NCBI GenBank assembly: GCA_964057225.1
Contig: OZ059894.1
Location: forward strand, 806,001 to 870,000
Direction of reading: 5' to 3'
Length of the DNA stretch: 64,000 nt
DNA from: Auanema rhodensis
Lineage: Eukaryota; Animalia; Nematoda
Shown here: one piece after another, positions 1-14,000 of the stretch
Numbering within the stretch: position 1 is the first letter of the stretch
Layout: each line of letters opens with the position of its first letter
The notes under the pieces: model-generated
The model's input: the letters and a program-made list of their open reading frames with translations, nothing else
Database searches by the model: none
Told to the model about the DNA's origin: nothing
Program-made: the position numbers and the translations under genes

Positions 1-3000
1 TTGAAAACCGCATCTCTTTATCTCTCACGTGAAGCGAGTTACATACCAAGTGCACATCACGTGTACATTTAATTAGCATAAATTAAAGTTCACGTAAATT
101 TATGCGTCATGGTTACCATGCACCAATATCAATAAAAATTTGTTTTTAGACTAATATGGACATGGGGAATCTAATTTTGAAAACCGCATCTCTTTATCTT
201 TCACGTGAAGCGAGTTACATACCAAGTGCACATCACGTGTACGTTTAATTAGCATAAATTAAAGTTCACGTAAATTTCAAAGTCATGGTTACCATGAACC
301 AATATCAATAAAAATTTGTTTTTAGACTAATATGGACATGGGGAATCTAATTTTGAAAACCGCATCTCTTTATCTTTCACGTGAAGCGAGTTACATACCA
401 AGTGCACATCACGTGTACATTTAATTAGCATAAATTAAAGTTCACGTAAATTTCAAAGTCATGGTTACCATGCACTAATATCAATAAAAATTTGTTTTTA
501 GACTAATATGGAGATGGGGAATCTAATTTTGAAAACCGCATCTCTTTATCTTTCACGTGAAGCGAGTTACATACCAAGTGCACATCACGTGTACATTTAA
601 TTAGCATAAATTAAAGTTCACGTAAATTTCAAAGTCATGGTTACCATGAACCAATATCAATAAAAATTTGTTTTTAGACTAAAATGGACATGGGGAATCT
701 AATTTTGAAAACCGCATCTCTTTATCTTTCACGTGAAGCGAGTTACATACCAAGTGCACATCACGTGTACATTCAATTAGCATAAATTAAAGTTCACGTA
801 AATTTCAAAGTCATGGTTACCATGCACCAATATCAATAAAAATTTGTTTTTAGACTAATATGGACATGGGGAATCTAATTTTGAAAACCGCATCTCTTTA
901 TCTTTCACGTAAAGCGAGTTACATACCAAGTGCACATCACGTGTACATTTAATTAGCATAAATTAAAGTTCACGTAAATTTCAAAGTCATGGTTACCATG
1001 CACCAATATCAATTAAAATTTGTTTTTAGACTAATATGGACATGGGGAATCTAATTTTGGAAACCGCATCTCCTTATCTTTCACGTGAAGCGAGTTACAT
1101 ACCAAGTGCACATCACGTGTACATTTAATTAGCATAAATTAAAGTTCACGTAAATTTCAAAGTCATGGTTACCATGCACCAATATCAATAAAAATTTGTT
1201 TTTAGACTAATATGGAGATGGGGAATCTAATTTTGAAAACCGCATCTCTTTATCTTTCACGTGAAGCGAGTTACATAGCAAGTGCACATCACGTGTACAT
1301 TTAATTAGCATAAATTAAAGTTCACGTAAATTTCAAAGTCATGGTTACCATGAACCAATATCAATAAAAATTTGTTTTTAGACTAATATGGACATGGGGA
1401 ATCTAATTTTGAAAACCGCATCTCTTTATCTTTCACGTGAAGCGAGTTACATACCAAGTGCACATCACGTGTACATTTAATTAGCATAAATTAAAGTTCA
1501 CGTAAATTTCAAAGTCTTGGTTACCATGCACCAATATCAATAAAAATTTGTTTTTAGACTAATATGGACATGGGGAATCTAATTTTGAAAACCGCATCTC
1601 TTTATCTTTCACGTGAAGCGAGTTACATACCAAGTGCACATCACGTGTACATTTAATAAGAATAAATTAAAGTTCACGTAAATTTCAAAGTCATGGTTAC
1701 CATGAACCAATATCAATAAAAATTTGTTTTTAGACTAATATGGACATGGGGAATCTAATTGTGAAAACCGCATCTCTTTATCTTTCACGTGAAGCGAGTT
1801 ACATACCAAGTGCACATCACGTGTACATTTAATTAGCATAAATTAAAGTTCACGTAAATTTCAAAGTCATGGTTACCATGCACCAATATCAATAAAAATT
1901 TGTTTTTAGACTAATATGGACATGGGGAATCTAATTTTGAAAACCGCATCTCTTTATCTTTCACGTGAAGCGAGTTACATACCAAGTGCACATCACGTGT
2001 ACATTTAATTAGCATAAATTAAAGTTCACGTAAATTTCAAAGTCATGGTTACCATGAACCAATATCAATAAAAATTTGTTTTTAGACTAATATGGACATG
2101 GGGAATCTAATTTTGAAAACCGCATCTCTTTATCTTTCACGTGAAGCGAGTTACATACCAAGTGCACATCACGTGTACATTTAATTAGCATAAATTAAAG
2201 TTCACGTAAATTTCAAAGTCTTGGTTACCATGCACCAATATCAATAAAAATTTGTTTTTAGACTAATATGGACATGGGGAATCTAATTTTGAAAACCGCA
2301 TCTCTTTATCTTTCACGTGAAGCGAGTTACATACCAAGTGCACATCACGTGTACATTTAATAAGAATAAATTAAAGTTCACGTAAATTTCAAAGTCATGG
2401 TTACCATGCACCAATATCAATAAAAATTTGTTTTTAGACTAATATGGACATGGGGAATCTAATTGTGAAAACCGCATCTCTTTATCTTTCACGTGAAGCG
2501 AGTTACATACCAAGTGCACATCACGTGTACATTTAATTAGCATAAATTAAAGTTCACGTAAATTTCAAAGTCATGGTTACCATGAACCAATATCAATAAA
2601 AATTTGTTTTTAGACTAATATGGACATGGGGAATCTAATTTTGAAAACTGCATCTCTTTATCTTTCACGTGAAGCGAGTTACATACCAAGTGCACATCAC
2701 GTGTACATTCAATTAGCATAAATTAAAGTTCACGTAAATTTCAAAGTCATGGTTACCATGCACCAATATCAATAAAAATTTGTTTTTAGACTAATATGGA
2801 CATGGGGAATCTAATTTTGAAAACCGCATCTCTTTATCTTTCACGTGAAGCGAGTTACATACCAAGTGCACATCACGTGTACATTTAATTAGCATAAATT
2901 AAAGTTCACGTAAATTTCAAAGTCTTGGTTACCATGCACCAATATCAATAAAAATTTGTTTTTAAACTAATATGGACATGGGGAATCTAATTTTGAAAAC

Positions 3001-6000
3001 CGCATCTCTTTATCTTTCACGTGAAGCGAGTTACATACCAAGTGCACATCACGTGTACATTTAATAAGAATAAATTAAAGTTCACGTAAATTTCAAAGTC
3101 ATGGTTACCATGAACCAATATCAATAAAAATTTGTTTTTAGACTAATATGGACATGGGGAATCTAATTGTGAAAACCGCATCTCTTTATCTTTCACGTGA
3201 AGCGAGTTACATACCAAGTGCACATCACGTGTACATTTAATTAGCATAAATTAAAGTTCACGTAAATTTCAAAGTCATGGTTACCATGCACCAATATCAA
3301 TAAAAATTTGTTTTTAGACTAATATGGACATGGGGAATCTAATTTTGAAAACCGCATCTCTTTATCTTTCACGTGAAGCGAGTTACATACCAAGTGCACA
3401 TCACGTGTACATTTAATTAGCATAAATTAAAGTTCACGTAAATTTCAAAGTCATGGTTACCATGAACCAATATCAATAAAAATTTGTTTTTAGACTAATA
3501 TGGACATGGGGAATCTAATTTTGAAAACCGCATCTCTTTATCTTTCACGTGAAGCGAGTTACATACCAAGTGCACATCACGTGTACATTTAATTAGCATA
3601 AATTAAAGTTCACGTAAATTTCAAAGTCATGGTTACCATGCACCAATATCAATAAAAATTTGTTTTTAGACTAATATGGACATGGGGAATCTAATTTTGA
3701 AAACCGCATCTCTTTATCTTTCACGTGAAGCGAGTTACATACCAAGTGCACATCACGTGTACATTTAATTAGCATAAATTAAAGTTCACGTAAATTTCAA
3801 AGTCATGGTTACCATGCACCAATATCAATAAAAATTTGTTTTTAGACTAATATGGACATGGGGAATCTAATTTTGAAAACCGCATCTCTTTATCTCTCAC
3901 GTGAAGCGAGTTACATACCAAGTGCACATCACGTGTACATTTAATTAGCATAAATTAAAGTTCACGTAAATTTATGCGTCATGGTTACCATGCACCAATA
4001 TCAATAAAAATTTGTTTTTAGACTAATATGGACATGGGGAATCTAATTTTGAAAACCGCATCTCTTTATCTTTCACGTGAAGCGAGTTACATACCAAGTG
4101 CACATCACGTGTACGTTTAATTAGCATAAATTAAAGTTCACGTAAATTTCAAAGTCATGGTTACCATGAACCAATATCAATAAAAATTTGTTTTTAGACT
4201 AATATGGACATGGGGAATCTAATTTTGAAAACCGCATCTCTTTATCTTTCACGTGAAGCGAGTTACATACCAAGTGCACATCACGTGTACATTTAATTAG
4301 CATAAATTAAAGTTCACGTAAATTTCAAAGTCATGGTTACCATGCACTAATATCAATAAAAATTTGTTTTTAGACTAATATGGAGATGGGGAATCTAATT
4401 TTGAAAACCGCATCTCTTTATCTTTCACGTGAAGCGAGTTACATACCAAGTGCACATCACGTGTACATTTAATTAGCATAAATTAAAGTTCACGTAAATT
4501 TCAAAGTCATGGTTACCATGAACCAATATCAATAAAAATTTGTTTTTAGACTAATATGGACATGGGGAATCTAATTTTGAAAACCGCATCTCTTTATCTT
4601 TCACGTGAAGCGAGTTACATGCCAAGTGCACATCACGTGTACATTCAATTAGCATAAATTAAAGTTCACGTAAATTTCAAAGTCATGGTTACCATGCACC
4701 AATATCAATAAAAATTTGTTTTTAGACTAATATGGACATGGGGAATCTAATTTTGAAAACCGCATCTCTTTATCTTTCACGTAAAGCGAGTTACATACCA
4801 AGTGCACATCACGTGTACATTTAATTAGCATAAATTAAAGTTCACGTAAATTTCAAAGTCATGGTTACCATGCACCAATATCAATTAAAATTTGTTTTTA
4901 GACTAATATGGACATGGGGAATCTAATTTTGGAAACCGCATCTCCTTATCTTTCACGTGAAGCGAGTTACATACCAAGTGCACATCACGTGTACATTTAA
5001 TTAGCATAAATTAAAGTTCACGTAAATTTCAAAGTCATGGTTACCATGCACCAATATCAATAAAAATTTGTTTTTAGACTAATATGGAGATGGGGAATCT
5101 AATTTTGAAAACCGCATCTCTTTATCTTTCACGTGAAGCGAGTTACATAGCAAGTGCACATCACGTGTACATTTAATTAGCATAAATTAAAGTTCACGTA
5201 AATTTCAAAGTCATGGTTACCATGAACCAATATCAATAAAAATTTGTTTTTAGACTAATATGGACATGGGGAATCTAATTTTGAAAACCGCATCTCTTTA
5301 TCTTTCACGTGAAGCGAGTTACATACCAAGTGCACATCACGTGTACATTTAATTAGCATAAATTAAAGTTCACGTAAATTTCAAAGTCATGGTTACCATG
5401 CACCAATATCAATAAAAATTTGTTTTTAGACTAATATGGAGATGGGGAATCTAATTTTGAAAACCGCATCTCTTTATCTTTCACGTGAAGCGAGTTACAT
5501 ACCAAGTGCACATCACGTGTACATTTAATTAGCATAAATTAAAGTTCACGTAAATTTCAAAGTCATGGTTACCATGAACCAATATCAATAAAAATTTGTT
5601 TTTAGACTAATATGGACATGGGGAATCTAATTTTGAAAACCGCATCTCTTTATCTTTCACGTGAAGCGAGTTACATACCAAGTGCACATCACGTGTACAT
5701 TCAATTAGCATAAATTAAAGTTCACGTAAATTTCAAAGTCATGGTTACCATGCACCAATATCAATAAAAATTTGTTTTTAGACTAATATGGACATGGGGA
5801 ATCTAATTTTGAAAACCGCATCTCTTTATCTTTCACGTGAAGCGAGTTACATACCAAGTGCACATCACGTGTACATTTAATTAGCATAAATTAAAGTTCA
5901 CGTAAATTTCAAAGTCTTGGTTACCATGCACCAATATCAATAAAAATTTGTTTTTAGACTAATATGGACATGGGGAATCTAATTTTGAAAACCGCATCTC

Positions 6001-9000
6001 TTTATCTTTCACGTGAAGCGAGTTACATACCAAGTGCACATCACGTGTACATTTAATTAGCATAAATTAAAGTTCACGTAAATTTCAAAGTCATGGTTAC
6101 CATGCACCAATATCAATAAAAATTTGTTTTTAGACTAATATGGACATGGGGAATCTAATTTTGAAAACCGCATCTCTTTATCTTTCACGTGAAGCGAGTT
6201 ACATACCAAGTGCACATCACGTGTACATTTAATTAGCATAAATTAAAGTTCACTTAAATTTCAAAGTCATGGTTACCATGCACCAATATCAATAAAAATT
6301 TGTTTTTAGACTAATATGGACATGGGGAATCTAATTTTGAAAACCGCATCTCTTTATCTCTCACGTGAAGCGAGTTACATACCAAGTGCACATCACGTGT
6401 ACATTTAATTAGCATAAATTAAAGTTCACGTAAATTTATGCGTCATGGTTACCATGCACCAATATCAATAAAAATTTGTTTTTAGACTAATATGGACATG
6501 GGGAATCTAATTTTGAAAACCGCATCTCTTTATCTTTCACGTGAAGCGAGTTACATACCAAGTGCACATCACGTGTACGTTTAATTAGCATAAATTAAAG
6601 TTCACGTAAATTTCAAAGTCATGGTTACCATGAACCAATATCAATAAAAATTTGTTTTTAGACTAATATGGACATGGGGAATCTAATTTTGAAAACCGCA
6701 TCTCTTTATCTTTCACGTGAAGCGAGTTACATACCAAGTGCACATCACGTGTACATTTAATTAGCATAAATTAAAGTTCACGTAAATTTCAAAGTCATGG
6801 TTACCATGCACTAATATCAATAAAAATTTGTTTTTAGACTAATATGGAGATGGGGAATCTAATTTTGAAAACCGCATCTCTTTATCTTTCACGTGAAGCG
6901 AGTTACATACCAAGTGCACATCACGTGTACATTTAATTAGCATAAATTAAAGTTCACGTAAATTTCAAAGTCATGGTTACCATGAACCAATATCAATAAA
7001 AATTTGTTTTTAGACTAATATGGACATGGGGAATCTAATTTTGAAAACCGCATCTCTTTATCTTTCACGTGAAGCGAGTTACATACCAAGTGCACATCAC
7101 GTGTACATTTAATTAGCATAAATTAAAGTTCACGTAAATTTCAAAGTCATGGTTACCATGCACTAATATCAATAAAAATTTGTTTTTAGACTAATATGGA
7201 GATGGGGAATCTAATTTTGAAAACCGCATCTCTTTATCTTTCACGTGAAGCGAGTTACATACCAAGTGCACATCACGTGTACATTTAATTAGCATAAATT
7301 AAAGTTCACGTAAATTTCAAAGTCATGGTTACCATGAACCAATATCAATAAAAATTTGTTTTTAGACTAATATGGACATGGGGAATCTAATTTTGAAAAC
7401 CGCATCTCTTTATCTTTCACGTGAAGCGAGTTACATACCAAGTGCACATCACGTGTACATTCAATTAGCATAAATTAAAGTTCACGTAAATTTCAAAGTC
7501 ATGGTTACCATGCACCAATATCAATAAAAATTTGTTTTTAGACTAATATGGACATGGGGAATCTAATTTTGAAAACCGCATCTCTTTATCTTTCACGTAA
7601 AGCGAGTTACATACCAAGTGCACATCACGTGTACATTTAATTAGCATAAATTAAAGTTCACGTAAATTTCAAAGTCATGGTTACCATGCACCAATATCAA
7701 TTAAAATTTGTTTTTAGACTAATATGGACATGGGGAATCTAATTTTGGAAACCGCATCTCCTTATCTTTCACGTGAAGCGAGTTACATACCAAGTGCACA
7801 TCACGTGTACATTTAATTAGCATAAATTAAAGTTCACGTAAATTTTAAAGTCATGGTTACCATGCACCAATATCAATAAAAATTTGTTTTTAGACTAATA
7901 TGGAGATGGGGAATCTAATTTTGAAAACCGCATCTCTTTATCTTTCACGTGAAGCGAGTTACATAGCAAGTGCACATCACGTGTACATTTAATTAGCATA
8001 AATTAAAGTTCACGTAAATTTCAAAGTCATGGTTACCATGAACCAATATCAATAAAAATTTGTTTTTAGACTAATATGGACATGGGGAATCTAATTTTGA
8101 AAACCGCATCTCTTTATCTTTCACGTGAAGCGAGTTACATACCAAGTGCACATCACGTGTACATTTAATTAGCATAAATTAAAGTTCACGTAAATTTCAA
8201 AGTCATGGTTACCATGCACCAATATCAATAAAAATTTGTTTTTAGACTAATATGGACATGGGGAATCTAATTTTGAAAACCGCATCTCTTTATCTTTCAC
8301 GTGAAGCGAGTTACATACCAAGTGCACATCACGTGTACATTTAATTAGCATAAATTAAAGTTCACGTAAATTTCAAAGTCTTGGTTACCATGCACCAATA
8401 TCAATAAAAATTTGTTTTTAGACTAATATGGACATGGGGAATCTAATTTTGAAAACCGCATCTCTTTATCTTTCACGTGAAGCGAGTTACATACCAAGTG
8501 CACATCACGTGTACATTTAATTAGCATAAATTAAAGTTCACGTAAATTTCAAAGTCATGGTTACCATGCACCAATATCAATAAAAATTTGTTTTTAGACT
8601 AATATGGACATGGGGAATCTAATTTTGAAAACCGCATCTCTTTATCTTTCACGTGAAGCGAGTTACATACCAAGTGCACATCACGTGTACATTTAATTAG
8701 CATAAATTAAAGTTCACGTAAATTTCAAAGTCATGGTTACCATGCACCAATATCAATAAAAATTTGTTTTTAGACTAATATGGACATGGGGAATCTAATT
8801 TTGAAAACCGCATCTCTTTATCTCTCACGTGAAGCGAGTTACATACCAAGTGCACATCACGTGTACATTTAATTAGCATAAATTAAAGTTCACGTAAATT
8901 TATGCGTCATGGTTACCATGCACCAATATCAATAAAAATTTGTTTTTAGACTAATATGGACATGGGGAATCTAATTTTGAAAACCGCATCTCTTTATCTT

Positions 9001-10208
9001 TCACGTGAAGCGAGTTACATACCAAGTGCACATCACGTGTACGTTTAATTAGCATAAATTAAAGTTCACGTAAATTTCAAAGTCATGGTTACCATGAACC
9101 AATATCAATAAAAATTTGTTTTTAGACTAATATGGACATGGGGAATCTAATTTTGAAAACCGCATCTCTTTATCTTTCACGTGAAGCGAGTTACATACCA
9201 AGTGCACATCACGTGTACATTTAATTAGCATAAATTAAAGTTCACGTAAATTTCAAAGTCATGGTTACCATGCACTAATATCAATAAAAATTTGTTTTTA
9301 GACTAATATGGAGATGGGGAATCTAATTTTGAAAACCGCATCTCTTTATCTTTCACGTGAAGCGAGTTACATACCAAGTGCACATCACGTGTACATTTAA
9401 TTAGCATAAATTAAAGTTCACGTAAATTTCAAAGTCATGGTTACCATGAACCAATATCAATAAAAATTTGTTTTTAGACTAATATGGACATGGGGAATCT
9501 AATTTTGAAAACCGCATCTCTTTATCTTTCACGTGAAGCGAGTTACATACCAAGTGCACATCACGTGTACATTCAATTAGCATAAATTAATGTTCACGTA
9601 AATTTCAAAGTCATGGTTACCATGCACCAATATCAATAAAAATTTGTTTTTAGACTAATATGGACATGGGGAATCTAATTTTGAAAACCGCATCTCTTTA
9701 TCTTTCACGTAAAGCGAGTTACATACCAAGTGCACATCACGTGTACATTTAATTAGCATAAATTAAAGTTCACGTAAATTTCAAAGTCATGGTTACCATG
9801 CACCAATATCAATTAAAATTTGTTTTTAGACTAATATGGACATGGGGAATCTAATTTTGGAAACCGCATCTCCTTATCTTTCACGTGAAGCGAGTTACAT
9901 ACCAAGTGCACATCACGTGTACATTTAATTAGCATAAATTAAAGTTCACGTAAATTTCAAAGTCATGGTTACCATGCACCAATATCAATAAAAATTTGTT
10001 TTTAGACTAATATGGAGATGGGGAATCTAATTTTGAAAACCGCATCTCTTTATCTTTCACGTGAAGCGAGTTACATAGCAAGTGCACATCACGTGTACAT
10101 TTAATTAGCATAAATTAAAGTTCACGTAAATTTCAAAGTCATGGTTACCATGAACCAATATCAATAAAAATTTGTTTTTAGACTAATATGGACATGGGGA
10201 ATCTAATT
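1..10208 (+). repeat. Higher-order domain 1: 8-monomer variant cassette recurring at 22/14/14-monomer spacing
   Basis: Marker tatgcg at 101, 3973, 6437 and 8901. Each is followed in the same order by monomers with gtacgttt, cactaat/gagat, cattcaat, cacgtaaag/caattaaa, ggaaacc/tcctt and catagcaa. The third copy (6337-8096) has an internal 2-monomer duplication. Confidence 0.9.
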
Positions 10209-11089
10209 TTGAAAACCGCATCTCTTTATCTTTCACGTGAAGCGAGTTACATACCAAGTGCACATCACGTGTACATTTAATTAGCATAAATTAAAGTTCA
10301 CGTAAATTTCAAAGTCATGGTTACCATGAACCAATATCAATAAAAATTTGTTTTTAGACTAATATGGACATGGGGAATCTAATTTTGAAAACCGCATCTC
10401 TTTATCTTTCACGTGAAGCGAGTTACATACCAAGTGCACATCACGTGTACATTTAATAAGAATAAATTAAAGTTCACGTAAATTTCAAAGTCATGGTTAC
10501 CATGCACCAATATCAATAAAAATTTGTTTTTAGACTAATATGGACATGGGGAATCTAATTTTGAAAACCGCATCTCTTTATCTTTCACGTGAAGCGAGTT
10601 ACATACCAAGTGCACATCACGTGTACATTTAATAAGAATAAATTAAAGTTCACGTAAATTTCAAAGTCATGGTTACCATGAACCAATATCAAAAAAAAAT
10701 TTGTTTTTAGACTAATATGGACATGGGGAATCTAATTTTGAAAACCGCATCTCTTCATCTTTCACGTGAAGCGAGTTACATACCAAGTGCACATCACGTG
10801 TACGTTTAATTAGCATAAATTAAAGTTCACGTAAATTTCAAAGTCATGGTTACCATGAACCAATATCAATAAAAATTTGTTTTTAGACTAATATGGACAT
10901 GGGGAATCTAATTTTGGAAACCGCATCTCTTCATCTTTCACGTGAAGCGAGTTACATACCAAGTGCACATCACGTGTACATTTAATTAGCATAAATTAAA
11001 GTTCACGTAAATTTCAAAGTCATGGTTACCATGCACCAATATCAATAAAAATTTGATTTCAGATTAAAATGGAGATGGGGAATCTAATT

Positions 11090-14000
11090 TTGAAAACCGC
11101 ATCTCTTCATCTTTCACGTGAAGCGAGTTACATACCAAGTGCACATCACGTGTACATTCAATTAGCATAAATTAAAGTTCACGTAAATTTCAAAGTCATG
11201 GTTACCATGCACCAATATCAATAAAAATTTGTTTTTAGACTAATATGGACATGGGGAATCTAATTTTGAAAACCGCATCTCTTTATCTTTCACGTGAAGC
11301 GAGTTACATACCAAGTGCACATCACGTGTACATTCAATTAGCATAAATTAAAGTTCACGTAAATTTCAAAGTCATGGTTACCATGCACCAATATCAATAA
11401 AAATTTGTTTTTAGACTAATATGGACATGGGGAATCTAATTTTGAAAACCGCATCTCTTTATCTTTCACGTGAAGCGAGTTACATACCAAGTGCACATCA
11501 CGTGTACATTCAATTAGCATAAATTAAAATTCACGTAAATTTCAAAGTCATGGTTACCATGCACCAATATCAATAAAAATTTGTTTTTAGACTAATATGG
11601 ACATGGGGAATCTAATTTTGAAAACCGCATCTCTTTATCTTTCACGTGAAGCGAGTTACATACCAAGTGCACATCACGTGTACATTCAATTAGCATAAAT
11701 TAAAGTTCACGTAAATTTCAAAGTCATGGTTACCATGCACCAATATCAATAAAAATTTGTTTTTAGACTAATATGGACATGGGGAATCTAATTTTGAAAA
11801 CCGCATCTCTTTATCTTTCACGTGAAGCGAGTTACATACCAAGTGCACATCACGTGTACATTTAATTAGCATAAATTAAAGTTCACGTAAATTTCAAAGT
11901 CATGGTTACCATGAACCAATATCAATAAAAATTTGTTTTTAGACTAATATGGACATGGGGAATCTAATTTTGAAAACCGCATCTCTTTATCTTTCACGTG
12001 AAGCGAGTTACATACCAAGTGCACATCACGTGTACATTTAATTAGCATAAATTAAAGTTCACGTAAATTTCAAAGTCATGGTTACCATGAACCAATATCA
12101 ATAAAAATTTGTTTTTAGACTAATATGGACATGGGGAATCTAATTTTGAAAACCGCATCTCTTTATCTTTCACGTGAAGCGAGTTACATACCAAGTGCAC
12201 ATCACGTGTACATTTAATTAGCATAAATTAAAGTTCACGTAAATTTCAAAGTCATGGTTACCATGCAACAATATCAATAAAAATTTGTTTTTAGACTAAT
12301 ATGGAGATGGGGAATCTAATTTTGAAAACCGCATCTCTTTATCTTTCACGTGAAGCGAGTTACATACCAAGTGCACATCACGTGTACATTTAATTAGCAT
12401 AAATTAAAGTTCACGTAAATTTCAAAGTCATGGTTACCATGCAACAATATCAATAAAAATTTGTTTTTAGACTAATATGGAGATGGGGAATCTAATTTTG
12501 AAAACCGCATCTCTTTATCTTTCACGTGAAGCGAGTTACATACCAAGTGCACATCACGTGTACATTTAATTAGCATAAATTAAAGTTCACGTAAATTTCA
12601 AAGTCATGGTTACCATGATCCAATATCAATAAAAATTTGTTTTTAGACTAATATGGACATGGGGAATCTAATTTTGAAAACCGCATCTCTTTATCTTTCA
12701 CGTGAAGCGAGTTACATACCAAGTGCACATGACGTGTACATTTAATTAGCATAAATTAAAGTTCACGTAAATTTCAAAGACATGGTTACCATGAACCAAT
12801 ATCAATGAAAATTTGTTTTTAGACTAATATGGACATGGGGAATCTAATTTTGGAAACCGCATCTCCTTATCTTTCACGTGAAGCGAGTTACATACCAAGT
12901 GCACATCACGTGTACATTCAATTAGCATAAATTAAAGTTCACGTAAATTTCAAAGTCATGGTTACCATGCACCAATATCAATAAAAATTTGTTTTTAGAC
13001 TAATATGGACATGGGGAATCTAATTTTGAAAACCGCATCTCTTTATCTTTCACGTGAAGCGAGTTACATACCAAGTGCACATCACGTGTACATTCAATTA
13101 GCATAAATTAAAATTCACGTAAATTTCAAAGTCATGGTTACCATGCAACAATATCAATAAAAATTTGTTTTTAGACTAATATGGAGATGGGGAATCTAAT
13201 TTTGAAAACCGCATCTCTTTATCTTTCACGTGAAGCGAGTTACATACCAAGTGCACATGACGTGTACATTTAATTAGCATAAATTAAAGTTCACGTAAAT
13301 TTCAAAGTCATGGTTACCATGCACCAATATCAATAAAAATTTGTTTTTAGACTAATATGGACATGGGGAATCTAATTTTGAAAACCGCATCTCTTTATCT
13401 TTCACGTGAAGCGAGTTACATACCAAGTGCACATCACGTGTACATTCAATTAGCATAAATTAAAGTTCACGTAAATTTCAAAGTCATGGTTACCATGCAC
13501 CAATATCAATAAAAATTTGTTTTTAGACTAATATGGACATGGGGAATCTAATTTTGAAAACCGCATCTCTTTATCTTTCACGTGAAGCGAGTTACATACC
13601 AAGTGCACATCACGTGTACATTTAATTAGCATAAATTAAAGTTCACGTAAATTTCAAAGTCATGGTTACCATGAACCAATATCAATAAAAATTTGTTTTT
13701 AGACTAATATGGACATGGGGAATCTAATTTTGAAAACCGCATCTCTTTATCTTTCACGTGAAGCGAGTTACATACCAAGTGCACATCACGTGTACATTCA
13801 ATTAGCATAAATTAAAGTTCACGTAAATTTCAAAGTCATGGTTACCATGCACCAATATCAATAAAAATTTGTTTTTAGACTAATATGGACATGGGGAATC
13901 TAATTTTGAAAACCGCATCTCTTTATCTTTCACGTGAAGCGAGTTACATACCAAGTGCACATCACGTGTACATTTAATTAGCATAAATTAAAGTTCACGT

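Noticed and set aside
131-136. AATAAA polyadenylation signal and other promoter-like AT motifs in each monomer
   Set aside because: Expected by chance in 68% AT sequence, and there is no transcription-unit context.
1-176. Tandem 5S rRNA, tRNA, snRNA or spliced-leader gene array
   Set aside because: No recognisable Pol III A/B/C boxes, cloverleaf or conserved RNA sequence in the AT-rich monomer.
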